A stretch of 64,000 bases of DNA from Nitrospinaceae bacterium (lineage in GTDB: Bacteria; Nitrospinota; Nitrospinia; Nitrospinales; Nitrospinaceae), in assembly GCA_965237905.1 (NCBI GenBank), contig OZ250172.1, positions 2,080,001 through 2,144,000 of the forward strand, written 5' to 3'. Position 1 is the first letter of the stretch; every line of letters starts with the position of its first letter. Below the pieces are notes generated by a model, which saw only the letters and a program-made list of their open reading frames with translations, did no database searches and was not told the origin of the DNA. A program made the position numbers and the translations under genes. This document shows, one piece after another, positions 1 to 9,489 of the stretch.

Positions 1-1052
1 AGCCGGGGGTTGATGGTGACGTCCATGCCGATGGAATCCAGAATGGGCAGGTAATCCGGATCGTTGGTGATGACGACGGCCCGCTTGGCACCGTGCTTCT
101 TGGCCAGCAGAGCCGAGAGGATGTTCATTTCATCATCATTCGACAGGGCGAGATACAGGTCCGCGTCTTTCATATTGATGTCGTTGAACAAATCCGGGTC
201 CGTGCCACTGCCGTGCAGGACAGTGGTGTGTTCCAGAGCATCCGCCGCTTCGTTGGCTGTTTCCAGTGAAGGCTCGATGATGGAGACGTCATCGATAAAC
301 TCATCCAGTTCCCGCGCCAGGTTGATGGCCACCCGGCTGGCTCCCAGGATGATAATTTTCTGGATTTCATCCACCTGCTTGTTGAGCATGGGGAGAACCA
401 GCGGTAGAAAATCATGGTCGACCAGAATGTAAATTTTGTCTCCCCCCAGAATCCGGTTTTCGTATTTTGGAATGATCATTTTGCCTTCGCGTACGATCGC
501 CACCACCAGAAAGGCGTTGAGCTCGCTCACTTCGCGGATTTCTTCGATGGTTTTTCCGGCCAGCGGAGCATCCTCCGGCACATCGAACCCACGGAAAAAA
601 ATCTGGCCGTTGGCAAACTCGGCGACATTGACCGCGCCCGGTGTTTTGATGATCTTGAGGATGGAGTCGATGATGATCTCCGCCGGGTTGATGGCGTGGT
701 CGACAAACAGTTCCTCCGGTTTGAAGACCTGGCTCTCGCTGGTGAGTTCCATACTGCGCAGGCGGGCGAAGGTTTCTTTCATCTCAAACTTATGAGCCAA
801 AAAGCAGATCATCAGGTTGATCTCATCCTTGTCGGTGACGGCGATAACCATTTCCGCATCACGGACGCGTCCTTGGATCAGCGTACTGGGCAAACAACCG
901 TTACCGCGGACGGCGAGCACATCCAGCTTTTCGTTGATCCGTTGGATTTTTTCGGCATCGGCATCGATGATCGAAATATCGTGGCCTTCGTGGGAAAGTT
1001 CCTGAGCCAGGTTGAAGCCCACAATGCCGGCGCCGACAATGAGAATATTCAT
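1..1052 (-). CDS. trkA: Trk potassium uptake system NAD-binding subunit TrkA (3' end runs off the window)
   Basis: Not in the ORF track because it is truncated. Manual reverse translation from ATG at 1052 gives MNILIVGAGIVGFNLAQELSHEGHDISIIDAD, a Rossmann GxGxxG RCK_N start, and a second RCK domain lies near 340-130. Confidence 0.9.
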   Translation of the reverse strand, partial: MNILIVGAGIVGFNLAQELSHEGHDISIIDADAEKIQRINEKLDVLAVRGNGCLPSTLIQGRVRDAEMVIAVTDKDEINLMICFLAHKFEMKETFARLRSMELTSESQVFKPEELFVDHAINPAEIIIDSILKIIKTPGAVNVAEFANGQIFFRGFDVPEDAPLAGKTIEEIREVSELNAFLVVAIVREGKMIIPKYENRILGGDKIYILVDHDFLPLVLPMLNKQVDEIQKIIILGASRVAINLARELDEFIDDVSIIEPSLETANEAADALEHTTVLHGSGTDPDLFNDINMKDADLYLALSNDDEMNILSALLAKKHGAKRAVVITNDPDYLPILDSIGMDVTINPR

Positions 1053-1103
1053 AGGTATGTGGCTGGGCTGGAGGTCGGGACCATAACGATGGAATGACCC
1101 GGT

Positions 1104-1955
1104 TTAGCGGGATTTGTTCAGGTATTTCAGGAAATCGGATTTCTCCGAAAGAATAACAGTGGTGTCGGTTTTCAGGGAATTTTTGTACGCCTCCATCGAC
1201 CGCATGAACGCGTAAAACTCCCGGTCCCGATTGAAGGCATCCGCATAAATCTTAGTGGCGCGGGCGTCGCCGTCACCGCGGATTTCCTGTTCCTTTTTGT
1301 ACGCTTGCGCAATCAAAATGACTTTTTCTTTATCGGTTGTCGCCCGGATTTTGGTGGCTGCTTCCGCACCTTCCGAGCGGTGTTTTTTGGCGTCCCGTTC
1401 ACGCTCGGCACGCATGCGGCCGAATACTTTCTGAGCGTTCGCCTCCGGCAGGTCGGCCCTTTTGATGCGAACGTCCACCACTTCAATGCCATATTGAGCG
1501 GCTTTGACATTGGTTTCTTTGGTGACCTTTGCCGTGATTTCCTCGCGGGTTTTGGTCACCACGTCGATCAAGTCATGGGTGCCCAGTTCCACCCGCAGTT
1601 CCGATTTAATGATATCGTCCAGTCGCGATGCGCCCGCGCGTTCCGTACGCAGGGTCTGGAGGAACAACAGCGGGTCCCGGATGCGCCACATGCTGTAATT
1701 ATCGATCAGCATGGTCTGTTTGTCTCCGGTGATGACATCGGCCGGGGGGGCATCGAGCACCAACAGCATTTTGGTGAAATACTGAACCTCATCAAAAAAC
1801 GGAATCTTGAAATACAATCCCGGTTCGGTGACGGTCTGTTTGTGTTCCTGGAACCGCAGGACAATGGCGTTCTGGGTCATGCTGACGGTAAACATGGATC
1901 CGTAAAGGGCGAGGAGCAGAGCCGCCAGAATAATTAAATTAATAGGTTTCATCAT
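1104..1955 (-). CDS. hflC: FtsH modulator HflC (SPFH domain)
   Basis: N-terminal TM, PGLYFKIPF, VDVRIKRADLP, RMRAERER, FYAFMRSMEAY; directly downstream of hflK. Confidence 0.93.
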   Translation of the reverse strand: MMKPINLIILAALLLALYGSMFTVSMTQNAIVLRFQEHKQTVTEPGLYFKIPFFDEVQYFTKMLLVLDAPPADVITGDKQTMLIDNYSMWRIRDPLLFLQTLRTERAGASRLDDIIKSELRVELGTHDLIDVVTKTREEITAKVTKETNVKAAQYGIEVVDVRIKRADLPEANAQKVFGRMRAERERDAKKHRSEGAEAATKIRATTDKEKVILIAQAYKKEQEIRGDGDARATKIYADAFNRDREFYAFMRSMEAYKNSLKTDTTVILSEKSDFLKYLNKSR

Positions 1956-1971
1956 CGCTTCCTGTGTTTAT

Positions 1972-3063
1972 TTATTTTTTGGAGCCGGAGGATAGCGCTT
2001 CCCCCAGGCCTTGGTTCAGCGGAAGAATGGGAAGCACGCCGCTTTTGTTGCCGGACGTGATCACCTTTTTCATGCCGGGATAAATTTCTTCCATGGTTTC
2101 CAGGTAAATCCGTTTTTTGGTGACTTCCGGCGCCTTTCTGTATTCTTTATACTGAGCCAGGAACCGGTGGGCATCACCCTCAGCCTTGTTGATCACCTCT
2201 TCCCGATAGCCCTCGGCCTTGGCAATGATTTGAGCCGACTTACCGCGGGCTTCCGGAATGATCGAATTACGGTAGCCCTTGGCTTCATTGATCAGACGGT
2301 CTCTGTCTTCCTCGGCGCTTTTCACGTCTTTAAAAGCAAAATCTACCGGTTGCGGCGGACTGACGTCGCTGAGTTGGGTATTTAATATTTCGATTCCCGA
2401 TGCGTATTTGTCGAGAATCGCCTGCATGGATTCTTTCACCTGAATCTGGATTTCCGCTTTGGCGTTGGTTATGGCGTCGTCGATCGGCCGGTTGCCGATG
2501 GTGCCGCGCAGGGCAGTTTCCGCCACGTCGTGTACTGCCTGGCGCTGGTCTTTGATATTGAACAGGTAGTTCTTAGCATCGATGATGTGATACTGCACCA
2601 CCAGATCGATATTGACCAGATTCGTGTCACCGGTCAACATCTGGGATTCACCCGGCACATCTTGTTTCTGATTTCCTTGTTGGCGAAAACCCACTCGGGT
2701 GGCCTTGATCTCCCGGACCCTTGGTGTTGCAACATGTTCGATGGGTGAGGGGAGTTTGAAATGCAATCCTGGCGGGGTGGTCCGCACATATTCTCCGAAT
2801 CGTGTGACGACGCCTTCTTGATCCTGATCCACAGTATAAAAGACGCTCGGCACAATCCAGACGACGAGAAGAATAATGACACCCACCAGAATGGTGGATC
2901 GGTTCAACTGCGGGATTTTGATCGGAGGCATTTCGAACTGGGGACCCTGTCCGCCGCCGCCCGGTCCGCCGCCCCGTCCACCTTTGCCTCGGCCCGGATT
3001 GCGGTCCCGCGGTGGCCCTGGATCCTCAATGTCATCCCAGGACATGTCGTTTTTATCGTTCAT
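1972..3063 (-). CDS. hflK: FtsH modulator HflK (SPFH domain)
   Basis: Gly-rich N-terminus, TM, GVVTRFG..PGLHFKLP, MLTGDTNLV, PEARGKSAQ, APEVTKKRIYLETMEE. Confidence 0.93.
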   Translation of the reverse strand: MNDKNDMSWDDIEDPGPPRDRNPGRGKGGRGGGPGGGGQGPQFEMPPIKIPQLNRSTILVGVIILLVVWIVPSVFYTVDQDQEGVVTRFGEYVRTTPPGLHFKLPSPIEHVATPRVREIKATRVGFRQQGNQKQDVPGESQMLTGDTNLVNIDLVVQYHIIDAKNYLFNIKDQRQAVHDVAETALRGTIGNRPIDDAITNAKAEIQIQVKESMQAILDKYASGIEILNTQLSDVSPPQPVDFAFKDVKSAEEDRDRLINEAKGYRNSIIPEARGKSAQIIAKAEGYREEVINKAEGDAHRFLAQYKEYRKAPEVTKKRIYLETMEEIYPGMKKVITSGNKSGVLPILPLNQGLGEALSSGSKK

Positions 3064-3138
3064 GAATTCATAACCCAGTAAAAGTTGCCAAGAGATGTGT
3101 TCGCCTCCTGGATCAAGCGGCCATAGTTTAACACGCTT

Positions 3139-4005
3139 TTAATGCTTTGAAAGCTTTTCGATTTCACTGACCACCTCCTCGGCTTCCTGTTCGGACAAAC
3201 CCTTGAGCTGGTGAGCGAGAAAATAGGAATGATCGATCAGACATTCGCCATCCAGAAATCCTTCCTCGGAGGCGGTGTCGTAAAGAAATTCGTAGATGGG
3301 GTTTTCCGCTGAAGTGTAAAACAATTCCATATCTTTCTGGTCAACAGTTTTGTTTGACAAAATGGTAACCGCGTCTTCTTCGATATTGAATTGCTTGGCC
3401 ACCTCTGCAATCGCCTCTTTGCGGGATTTTCCTGAATCGATTCCCTTTTGAATGGAATTTTCGATGGTGCGGTTGCGCTTGCGGAAAGTAAAGTGTACGT
3501 AAGGAAGCGGCTGTTCGATCAAAAAATCCAGATCATGGAAATACAACCGGACCCAGTCGTCGAAATCGATTTCCAATGTGTCGGTGATCCCGTACTCCTC
3601 GCTTTTTTCCGGAGCTTCACTGACCAGGCGATTGTAAATCTGGATGAACCGGCTCATGGCATCGTACACCAGGCCAGAGTAAAAGCGGTTGAGGCGATAC
3701 CAGTTGTTGGTGGCGTTGTGAGCGTTCAACAACTTTCTCAACATCAGCATCACCGTATCGGAGTCGGCATAACGGTGGGCAACCGGGAACGCTTGTTCCA
3801 GGTATCCTTTTAATTTATTTTCATCCCCCCGCATATCATTGATGGTTTTCTGCAGGTAGCTTTTGGCATGGTCCAGGGAATGGTAGATCAATTTTTCGTG
3901 GTGGATCTTCCGCTGGTAGTCCATGTACTCCTTGAGTTTGGCGTTTTGGCCTTCCTCGGGATGATTCGGTTCTTTTTGGGTGATGTCTTTGGCAAAAGCG
4001 AGCAT
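3139..4005 (-). CDS. Hypothetical protein (helical, acidic)
   Basis: 288-aa ORF with protein-like composition, co-oriented with hflKC; no recognised motif. Confidence 0.7.
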   Translation of the reverse strand: MLAFAKDITQKEPNHPEEGQNAKLKEYMDYQRKIHHEKLIYHSLDHAKSYLQKTINDMRGDENKLKGYLEQAFPVAHRYADSDTVMLMLRKLLNAHNATNNWYRLNRFYSGLVYDAMSRFIQIYNRLVSEAPEKSEEYGITDTLEIDFDDWVRLYFHDLDFLIEQPLPYVHFTFRKRNRTIENSIQKGIDSGKSRKEAIAEVAKQFNIEEDAVTILSNKTVDQKDMELFYTSAENPIYEFLYDTASEEGFLDGECLIDHSYFLAHQLKGLSEQEAEEVVSEIEKLSKH

Positions 4006-4200
4006 GATTTTCCTGGAAAATTTTGAGAGAGGTCATTGTGTACAAAATAGCGTTTGATTTCAAGATATTTCGTTTTTTCCTATAACGGATAGCACGATCC
4101 CACCTAAACCCTTGTATTTCAAGGGAAATTTTGACAATTTTTGAGTGCTAAAATGCTTCCCAGCGCTTATACTATTAATAAATAAGAAGTAGCGTAATTT

Positions 4201-5427
4201 TTGGAAGGAGAAAATCCGATGTCGCATTCTAGGTTTCTTGGAACACTATTCGCGGTCCTGGCGCTCCTGGGTTTCATGGGGAGTCAAACAGCCCTGGCCG
4301 CGTATCCCACTGCGTCGGAATTTTCCATGAATAAGCAGACCCGCGGGCTTGATGGGTCTTTTCAATTAGCGGTAATGGGGGGTAGCGCGATTCCTCTGGA
4401 TATGTCTCCGGAGAAATTCCCCGAAAAGGTACAACTTGAAAAGCCTGCGGTCGAAAAACCGAAAGCAACCCCCCCTAACCCTAAGAAGGCCTCTAAACCA
4501 AAAGAGAAAAAAGTAAAAAAGGCTAAAGTCAAAAAAGCTCCGGCAAAAAAACCGGTAGAAGAAGAGGGCTTCCTCACCAAAACCTTCAAACAACTGATAG
4601 GGAGCGATGACGCCAAGAAGGACGCCGCCTCCAAGTCCCTACTGCAAAAAACCTCTGGGAAAAAGCCTGAGACTGCGAAGAACGATGAGGGTCTGCTCAC
4701 CAAAACCTTCAAACAACTGATAGGGGACGATGACGACAAGAAGAAAGCCGCCCCTAAGTCCCAACCGCAAAAAACGGCTGCGAAAAAGTCTGAGCCTGAG
4801 AAGAAAGAAGAGGGGTTTCTCACCAAAACTCTGAAAACGCTGGTGGGTGACGATAAGGATAAGAAGAAAGCCGCCCCTAAGTCCCAACCGCAAAAAACGG
4901 CTGCGAAAAAGTCTGAGCCTGAGAAGAAAGAAGAGGGGTTTCTCACCAAAACTCTGAAAACGCTGGTGGGTGACGATAAGGATAAGAAGAAAGAACAGAC
5001 GACCAAAAAAAAGTCCCTGAGTTCTATCAATACTGCTCCGACCGGAAGCACGATCCAAAAGAAAGGGGAGGAGCCATCCAAGACTGCCAAATCGGAAACC
5101 AAAAAAACCCTCAAAGACTCCTTTGAAAAGCTGATCGGGGTGGGGGCCGTTAGTGATGATGGCGGCGATTCTAAATCCGCCAAGACAGACAAACCGGCTG
5201 GAAAAATAAAAACCGCCAAGAAACAGACCAAGGCGAAAAATACGGTTAAGAAAACATCCGCTCCCGCCAAACCCAGAAAACTCACGGCAAAGAAATACGT
5301 AGAAGAAGAGGAAGAGCAGGAAGGACGAGTGAAGCAAAACTACGCGGGTGCTAAAAAAGGTAAAAATGTCCTCAAGGAATCCTTTAAAAACCTGGTTACC
5401 GACAAGAAAAAAGCAGTGCAAGAATAA
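4201..5427 (+). CDS. Secreted Lys-rich low-complexity repeat protein (true start probably ATG 4219)
   Basis: Signal peptide ending ..TALAA; four 41-aa repeats each containing (E/D)EG(F/L)LTKT(F/L)KxL(I/V)G. Confidence 0.75.
   Translation: MEGENPMSHSRFLGTLFAVLALLGFMGSQTALAAYPTASEFSMNKQTRGLDGSFQLAVMGGSAIPLDMSPEKFPEKVQLEKPAVEKPKATPPNPKKASKPKEKKVKKAKVKKAPAKKPVEEEGFLTKTFKQLIGSDDAKKDAASKSLLQKTSGKKPETAKNDEGLLTKTFKQLIGDDDDKKKAAPKSQPQKTAAKKSEPEKKEEGFLTKTLKTLVGDDKDKKKAAPKSQPQKTAAKKSEPEKKEEGFLTKTLKTLVGDDKDKKKEQTTKKKSLSSINTAPTGSTIQKKGEEPSKTAKSETKKTLKDSFEKLIGVGAVSDDGGDSKSAKTDKPAGKIKTAKKQTKAKNTVKKTSAPAKPRKLTAKKYVEEEEEQEGRVKQNYAGAKKGKNVLKESFKNLVTDKKKAVQE
4561..4993 (+). repeat. Intragenic 123-bp tandem repeat, about 3.5 units
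   Basis: Units start at 4561, 4684, 4807 and 4930; 4738-4860 is identical to 4861-4983. Confidence 0.92.
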
Positions 5428-5839
5428 TTTCCATCCTAACGAGAAAGCTCTCCTGGTGAAAGCAATTCCTTTAAAACAAGTGTGGCCGCTCTTCCTGGCA
5501 GTGACCGCATTTTCGCTTATGTTGGCCCAACCCTTATGGGCTGCTGAAGAAACTCCCGTCCCACAAGTACAAAAAGAAGAATCATTTTTTGAGACGATCA
5601 AGCGGAAAGCTCAGGAATGGTTTAGTTGGGACAACAATACCGAAAAGGTCCAAAAGGAAGCTCCCAAGCCAACTGAAGAAAAACCCCAAGAACCTGCCAC
5701 ACAAAAATCGGACGGACGTAAGGCGGTCGATACGTTTAAAAAAGAAATGAACAAAATTTCCGACAACATATCCAAGTCCGTCGAACGCGACAAAAAGAAC
5801 CTGAAGAAAAAACTCGATAAATTGCTCGACAAAAAGTAA
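5348..5839 (+). CDS. Secreted hypothetical protein, Lys/Glu-rich (true start probably GTG ~5456)
   Basis: Signal-peptide-like segment ending QPLWA, then charged amphipathic helices. Confidence 0.65.
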   Translation: MLKKVKMSSRNPLKTWLPTRKKQCKNNFHPNEKALLVKAIPLKQVWPLFLAVTAFSLMLAQPLWAAEETPVPQVQKEESFFETIKRKAQEWFSWDNNTEKVQKEAPKPTEEKPQEPATQKSDGRKAVDTFKKEMNKISDNISKSVERDKKNLKKKLDKLLDKK

Positions 5840-5940
5840 TTTTTTTAAATCCCCGTTTGAGAACTCCAGAAAAACCAAATCGTTCCCTTTAGCATTGCAG
5901 TTGAAAGTTTTCCGTTGGGGAAAGGGGTGCCCGGCATCGT

Positions 5941-6801
5941 TCAGGTGACGGGATATCTAAGGTATTCAACCAGTCCGGCGCAGATGTCGCGGATGAAATC
6001 GATATCCAGCGTCTCCAATGTGTCGGTCGCCTGGTGGTAATGCGGGTTCCGGAAAAACGCGGTATCGGTCAGCATCGCGGCTTTAAAATCCTGTTCCCAA
6101 AACGCGCAGTGATCGCTCAACCGCACTTCCACAAACTGGTCGGCGCGTCCGGGAAGCACCAACGTTTCCACTCCCAGTTCAGGCGTGGTCTGCTTCAAGG
6201 CTTTTGCCAGGCCGAGTGCCAAGGACTGCGACGGTTCGTTGCCCACCACCGCGATGAAGTCTCCCGTATCCGGGTACTGGTCGGCAGGGACGTAAGGCGG
6301 ATAGGTTTGCGAACCGGGTTCGCGGGTGCGATAGCCCAGCATTTCTAGAGAGATCATGCCGGAGATGGGTTCTCCGGACTCTTTGACGCGGGCCGCCATC
6401 TGGCGGCTTCCGATGAAGCCGTATTCCTCCAACGTGAAGGCGGTAAACAGGATCGGGCCCTTCACGGACGTTCCCTCCAAACACCGCGCCACTTCCAGCA
6501 ATGCCGCGACGGCGCTGGCGTTGTCGTCCGCTCCGGGAGTGCCCTGCACCGAATCATAATGCGCCCCGAGGATGAATGTTCCTGCTGAAGGATCCGTTCC
6601 GTCCTTCAATCCGAAAATATTGTGCGATGCCGTTCCCTCAAACGGCACCTCCTCACGCGACACGGCCAGACCCGCCGATTGAAACTGGTGGGCGATGTAG
6701 CCGGCGGCCTGTTCCAGAGGCCCCGGCGTGCTGAACGGGTTGCGTTCCCCCACCAGAGTTTCCAAGTGTCTCAGGACGTTTACGTTATCGGGTTGCGGCA
6801 T
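5941..6801 (-). CDS. M28 family metallopeptidase
   Basis: GAHYDS, PGADDNASAVA, FTLEEYG, SLEMLG, SDH, YHQATDT motifs. Confidence 0.9.
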   Translation of the reverse strand: MPQPDNVNVLRHLETLVGERNPFSTPGPLEQAAGYIAHQFQSAGLAVSREEVPFEGTASHNIFGLKDGTDPSAGTFILGAHYDSVQGTPGADDNASAVAALLEVARCLEGTSVKGPILFTAFTLEEYGFIGSRQMAARVKESGEPISGMISLEMLGYRTREPGSQTYPPYVPADQYPDTGDFIAVVGNEPSQSLALGLAKALKQTTPELGVETLVLPGRADQFVEVRLSDHCAFWEQDFKAAMLTDTAFFRNPHYHQATDTLETLDIDFIRDICAGLVEYLRYPVT

Positions 6802-6900
6802 CAGGGCTCTCTTGTTGGAAATGACGATTTGGACGTTTCACCCTTTAAATGTAGGATAAAAAGGGTTTACAATCAACGGTTATAGGCCTAAGATACCTGC

Positions 6901-7230
6901 ATGGTCAAGGTGGAATGCTATTCAGGTTACAGAGTAAACGAACGGCCGGTGGCTTTTACCATTAACGAGTGTGATTATACGCGTTCGTTCAAGGTCCGGG
7001 AAGTCATCGACCGCTGGTTCGGCGAGACCGCGGACTACTTCAAGGTCATCGCCGACGATGAAAATATTTACCTCCTGAAATACGATGGCCGTCAAGATGC
7101 GTGGGACTTGATTTTTTATCAGGATCCGCGCCGCATCAAAGAAATACAACCTCTGGAACTGGAGGTCAAGCCGTCTTCCAAGTTTTTTCCCGGGGGAGGC
7201 GAGACCCGGCCGTCCTTTCCGATTCATTAA
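6901..7230 (+). CDS. Conserved small hypothetical protein
   Basis: VECYSGYRVNERPVAF...V.EVIDRWFG...YFKV pattern seen in a small conserved family; function unknown. Confidence 0.7.
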   Translation: MVKVECYSGYRVNERPVAFTINECDYTRSFKVREVIDRWFGETADYFKVIADDENIYLLKYDGRQDAWDLIFYQDPRRIKEIQPLELEVKPSSKFFPGGGETRPSFPIH

Positions 7231-7306
7231 ACAGGCAAACGCTCTGGAAATCATGAACCCGCTCCGCAAACCCCGGCTGACGGGTAACGCAAACCACTCG
7301 TAGATC

Positions 7307-7975
7307 ATGAACTTGCCCACCCACACCTCTCAAAAATTCGGCGGCCACCGTCAAAAGATGATCGAGGAGATCATCAACCGTGGCATCAAGGACCTGCGAG
7401 TGATCGAGGCGATGAACCGGGTACCGCGCCATCTGTTTGTGCGCGATTCGTTTCAGCATAAAGCCTATGGCGATCATCCGCTTCCCATCGGCGAAAGCCA
7501 GACCATCTCACAACCTTACGTGGTTGCCGCCATGTCCGGGGCATTGCAGTTGACCGGCGAAGAACGGGTGCTGGAGATCGGTACCGGCTCGGGTTACCAG
7601 ACCGCCATACTCTCCGAGTTGGCGGCGCAGGTGTTCACCATCGAGCGGGTGAAATCGCTCGGCCAGCAGGCGAAGCAATTGCTGGACAAGTTGGGGTATA
7701 CTCACATCAATTACAAAATATTCGACGGCACCTACGGCTGGCAGGAGCTGGGTCCGTACGACGCAGTGCTGGTCACCGCCGCCGGTCCCGAAGTGCCGCA
7801 GGCTCTGATCGAACAGGTGAAAGACGGCGGACGCATTGTCGCCCCCATCGGCGATGACCAGGGCCAGGAACTGAGGGTCTATACCAAGCGCGGCAAACGC
7901 CTCAGTATGAAGCGCATGGGCGACTGCTTTTTCGTCCCGTTGATCGGCAAATACGGCGTGCCGGAAGGGGAATAA
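7307..7975 (+). CDS. pcm: Protein-L-isoaspartate(D-aspartate) O-methyltransferase
   Basis: VPRHLFV, QTISQPYVVA, VLEIGTGSGYQTAIL, GPYDAVLVTAA, FVPLIG. Confidence 0.95.
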   Translation: MNLPTHTSQKFGGHRQKMIEEIINRGIKDLRVIEAMNRVPRHLFVRDSFQHKAYGDHPLPIGESQTISQPYVVAAMSGALQLTGEERVLEIGTGSGYQTAILSELAAQVFTIERVKSLGQQAKQLLDKLGYTHINYKIFDGTYGWQELGPYDAVLVTAAGPEVPQALIEQVKDGGRIVAPIGDDQGQELRVYTKRGKRLSMKRMGDCFFVPLIGKYGVPEGE

Positions 7976-8033
7976 ATCCGAGCGGCCAGGGTCATTGATA
8001 AGAGACAAGAAGTGAATCCAGGAGACGAAGACG

Positions 8034-8579
8034 GTGTTTTCCAGAATCAAAAAAGAAGGTGAGTTTGTATTCGGGCCGGGTATCCGGTCCACCTACGATT
8101 ATGATTACGCATGCCTGTCCGACACGATGAACGACGCCTACTGCTCCCAACTTCACCGCAAGCTGGAGGGTTGGCAGAAACAGCACGGCAAGTTCAACGT
8201 GATCGTGGGGATCGAAACCGAAGGCATCCGCATCGGTTATCGCCTGGCGCAGATGATGAACCTGCCATTTTACATCATGCCGCACAAACGCACCGAGCTT
8301 GAACAGTTGGGCGTCCCTTCCCTGCCTGCCGATACCCATTGGTTGATCGTCGACGACATCGTCACCACCGGCACCCATTTCATGAACGCCGTGGACCAGC
8401 TGGACATAGAAGACAAACCGGAGTCCATCACCTACGCCTGCATGATCAAGCGCAACCCCAACAATCTCGATTTCTCCGCCGTCGCGGGAAGCCGCGACAA
8501 GGAACAGCAATGGGTGCGCACCGAACGCTCCGACCTCATCGACAAACGCCTTGTCGCTCTCTACTCCGAACCGGAGTAA
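8034..8579 (+). CDS. Type I phosphoribosyltransferase-family protein
   Basis: PRPP-binding LIVDDIVTTGT and VGIETEG loop; start codon uncertain. Confidence 0.75.
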   Translation: MFSRIKKEGEFVFGPGIRSTYDYDYACLSDTMNDAYCSQLHRKLEGWQKQHGKFNVIVGIETEGIRIGYRLAQMMNLPFYIMPHKRTELEQLGVPSLPADTHWLIVDDIVTTGTHFMNAVDQLDIEDKPESITYACMIKRNPNNLDFSAVAGSRDKEQQWVRTERSDLIDKRLVALYSEPE

Positions 8580-8739
8580 GCCTCTTTCTTTATAAACCCT
8601 TTAGAATCAAAGCTATTTTAGGGGGTTTCTTTTGCTCCCCGAACGGGGGTAATCTAATGGCAGACAGCAAAGGGATTGGCACCGTTTGCCATAGATTCCT
8701 ATATTATAATGTGAGCCCAACCAATTGGAGGACCGGGTT

Positions 8740-9396
8740 ATGCGATGGATGATCGTGATTCTAGCGTTGTTCCTGTCCGGGTGTATCGTGCATTCCCAAG
8801 GCAGGTATCAAAGGTATCAGGGGCCGCCGTCTCTACAGACCACCACCATGACGCAGGTGGATACCATGGTTGGCGCGCAACAACCGGCGGCCTACAAAGT
8901 GGGCTTTATGCAGGGTTGCGACAGCGGACGCCTTTCCGCAGGCGACAATTCCTTTCTCTTTAAAAAAGACACAAACCGCTTCGATACCGACGACGTGTAT
9001 CAGCAGGGATGGAACGACGGCTTCAACCGGTGCGTCTCTGGCGCTGGAGTAACAGCCAGCAATTATTATCAAGGCAGCTACGGTTACAATTATTATTACC
9101 CCAGTACCTTTAGTGCGGGGTTTTATTATCCCAGTTATTATTATGCCCCCGGTTTCTCCATCTGGTCGGGGTACTACTACCCCCGCAACCGGCACTACGC
9201 CTACAACCGTAATTATTACTACACCCCCTGGTACGGCGGGCACAAACACCGGGGCGGCGGATATAAAGGCTATCGCAGGGGACCTTATATCAGTAAACAC
9301 CGAGGCGGAGGCGGCTCCCATATTGGCAAACGCGGCGGCGGGGGCCATAAAAGCCGAGGCGGGGGCAGTAGAGGCGGTAGCAGCTGGATTCGTTGA
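8740..9396 (+). CDS. Lipoprotein with Tyr-rich and Gly/Arg-rich low-complexity tail
   Basis: GGAGG RBS before ATG 8740; lipobox LSGC; Tyr-rich then RGG-rich C-terminus. Confidence 0.75.
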   Translation: MRWMIVILALFLSGCIVHSQGRYQRYQGPPSLQTTTMTQVDTMVGAQQPAAYKVGFMQGCDSGRLSAGDNSFLFKKDTNRFDTDDVYQQGWNDGFNRCVSGAGVTASNYYQGSYGYNYYYPSTFSAGFYYPSYYYAPGFSIWSGYYYPRNRHYAYNRNYYYTPWYGGHKHRGGGYKGYRRGPYISKHRGGGGSHIGKRGGGGHKSRGGGSRGGSSWIR

Positions 9397-9411
9397 TTAA
9401 TTAATGATTTT

Positions 9412-9446
9412 AAAAAAGGCGTTCCCGTGTGGGAGCGCCTTTTTTT
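9412..9446. terminator. Bidirectional intrinsic terminator
   Basis: AAAAAAGGCGTTCCC-GTGT-GGGAGCGCCTTTTTTT between convergent genes. Confidence 0.85.
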
Positions 9447-9489
9447 ATATTTATCAGGGGTTATTGCTGAGAGTGTTGCCGGATGAACA

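Noticed and set aside
414..1097. 227-aa plus-strand ORF and other ORFs in 64-1097
   Set aside because: Shadows of trkA, which the track omits because it runs off the window.
4561..4993. Possible CRISPR array
   Set aside because: In-frame 123-bp coding repeats with no unique spacers and no cas genes.
4362..5601. Long Phe-rich minus-strand ORFs (307 and 320 aa)
   Set aside because: Reverse complement of the Lys-rich gene; AAA/AAG codons read as Phe/Leu.
8677..8691. Sigma54 promoter (TGGCAC...TTGC)
   Set aside because: Only 8 nt between GG and GC instead of the required 10.
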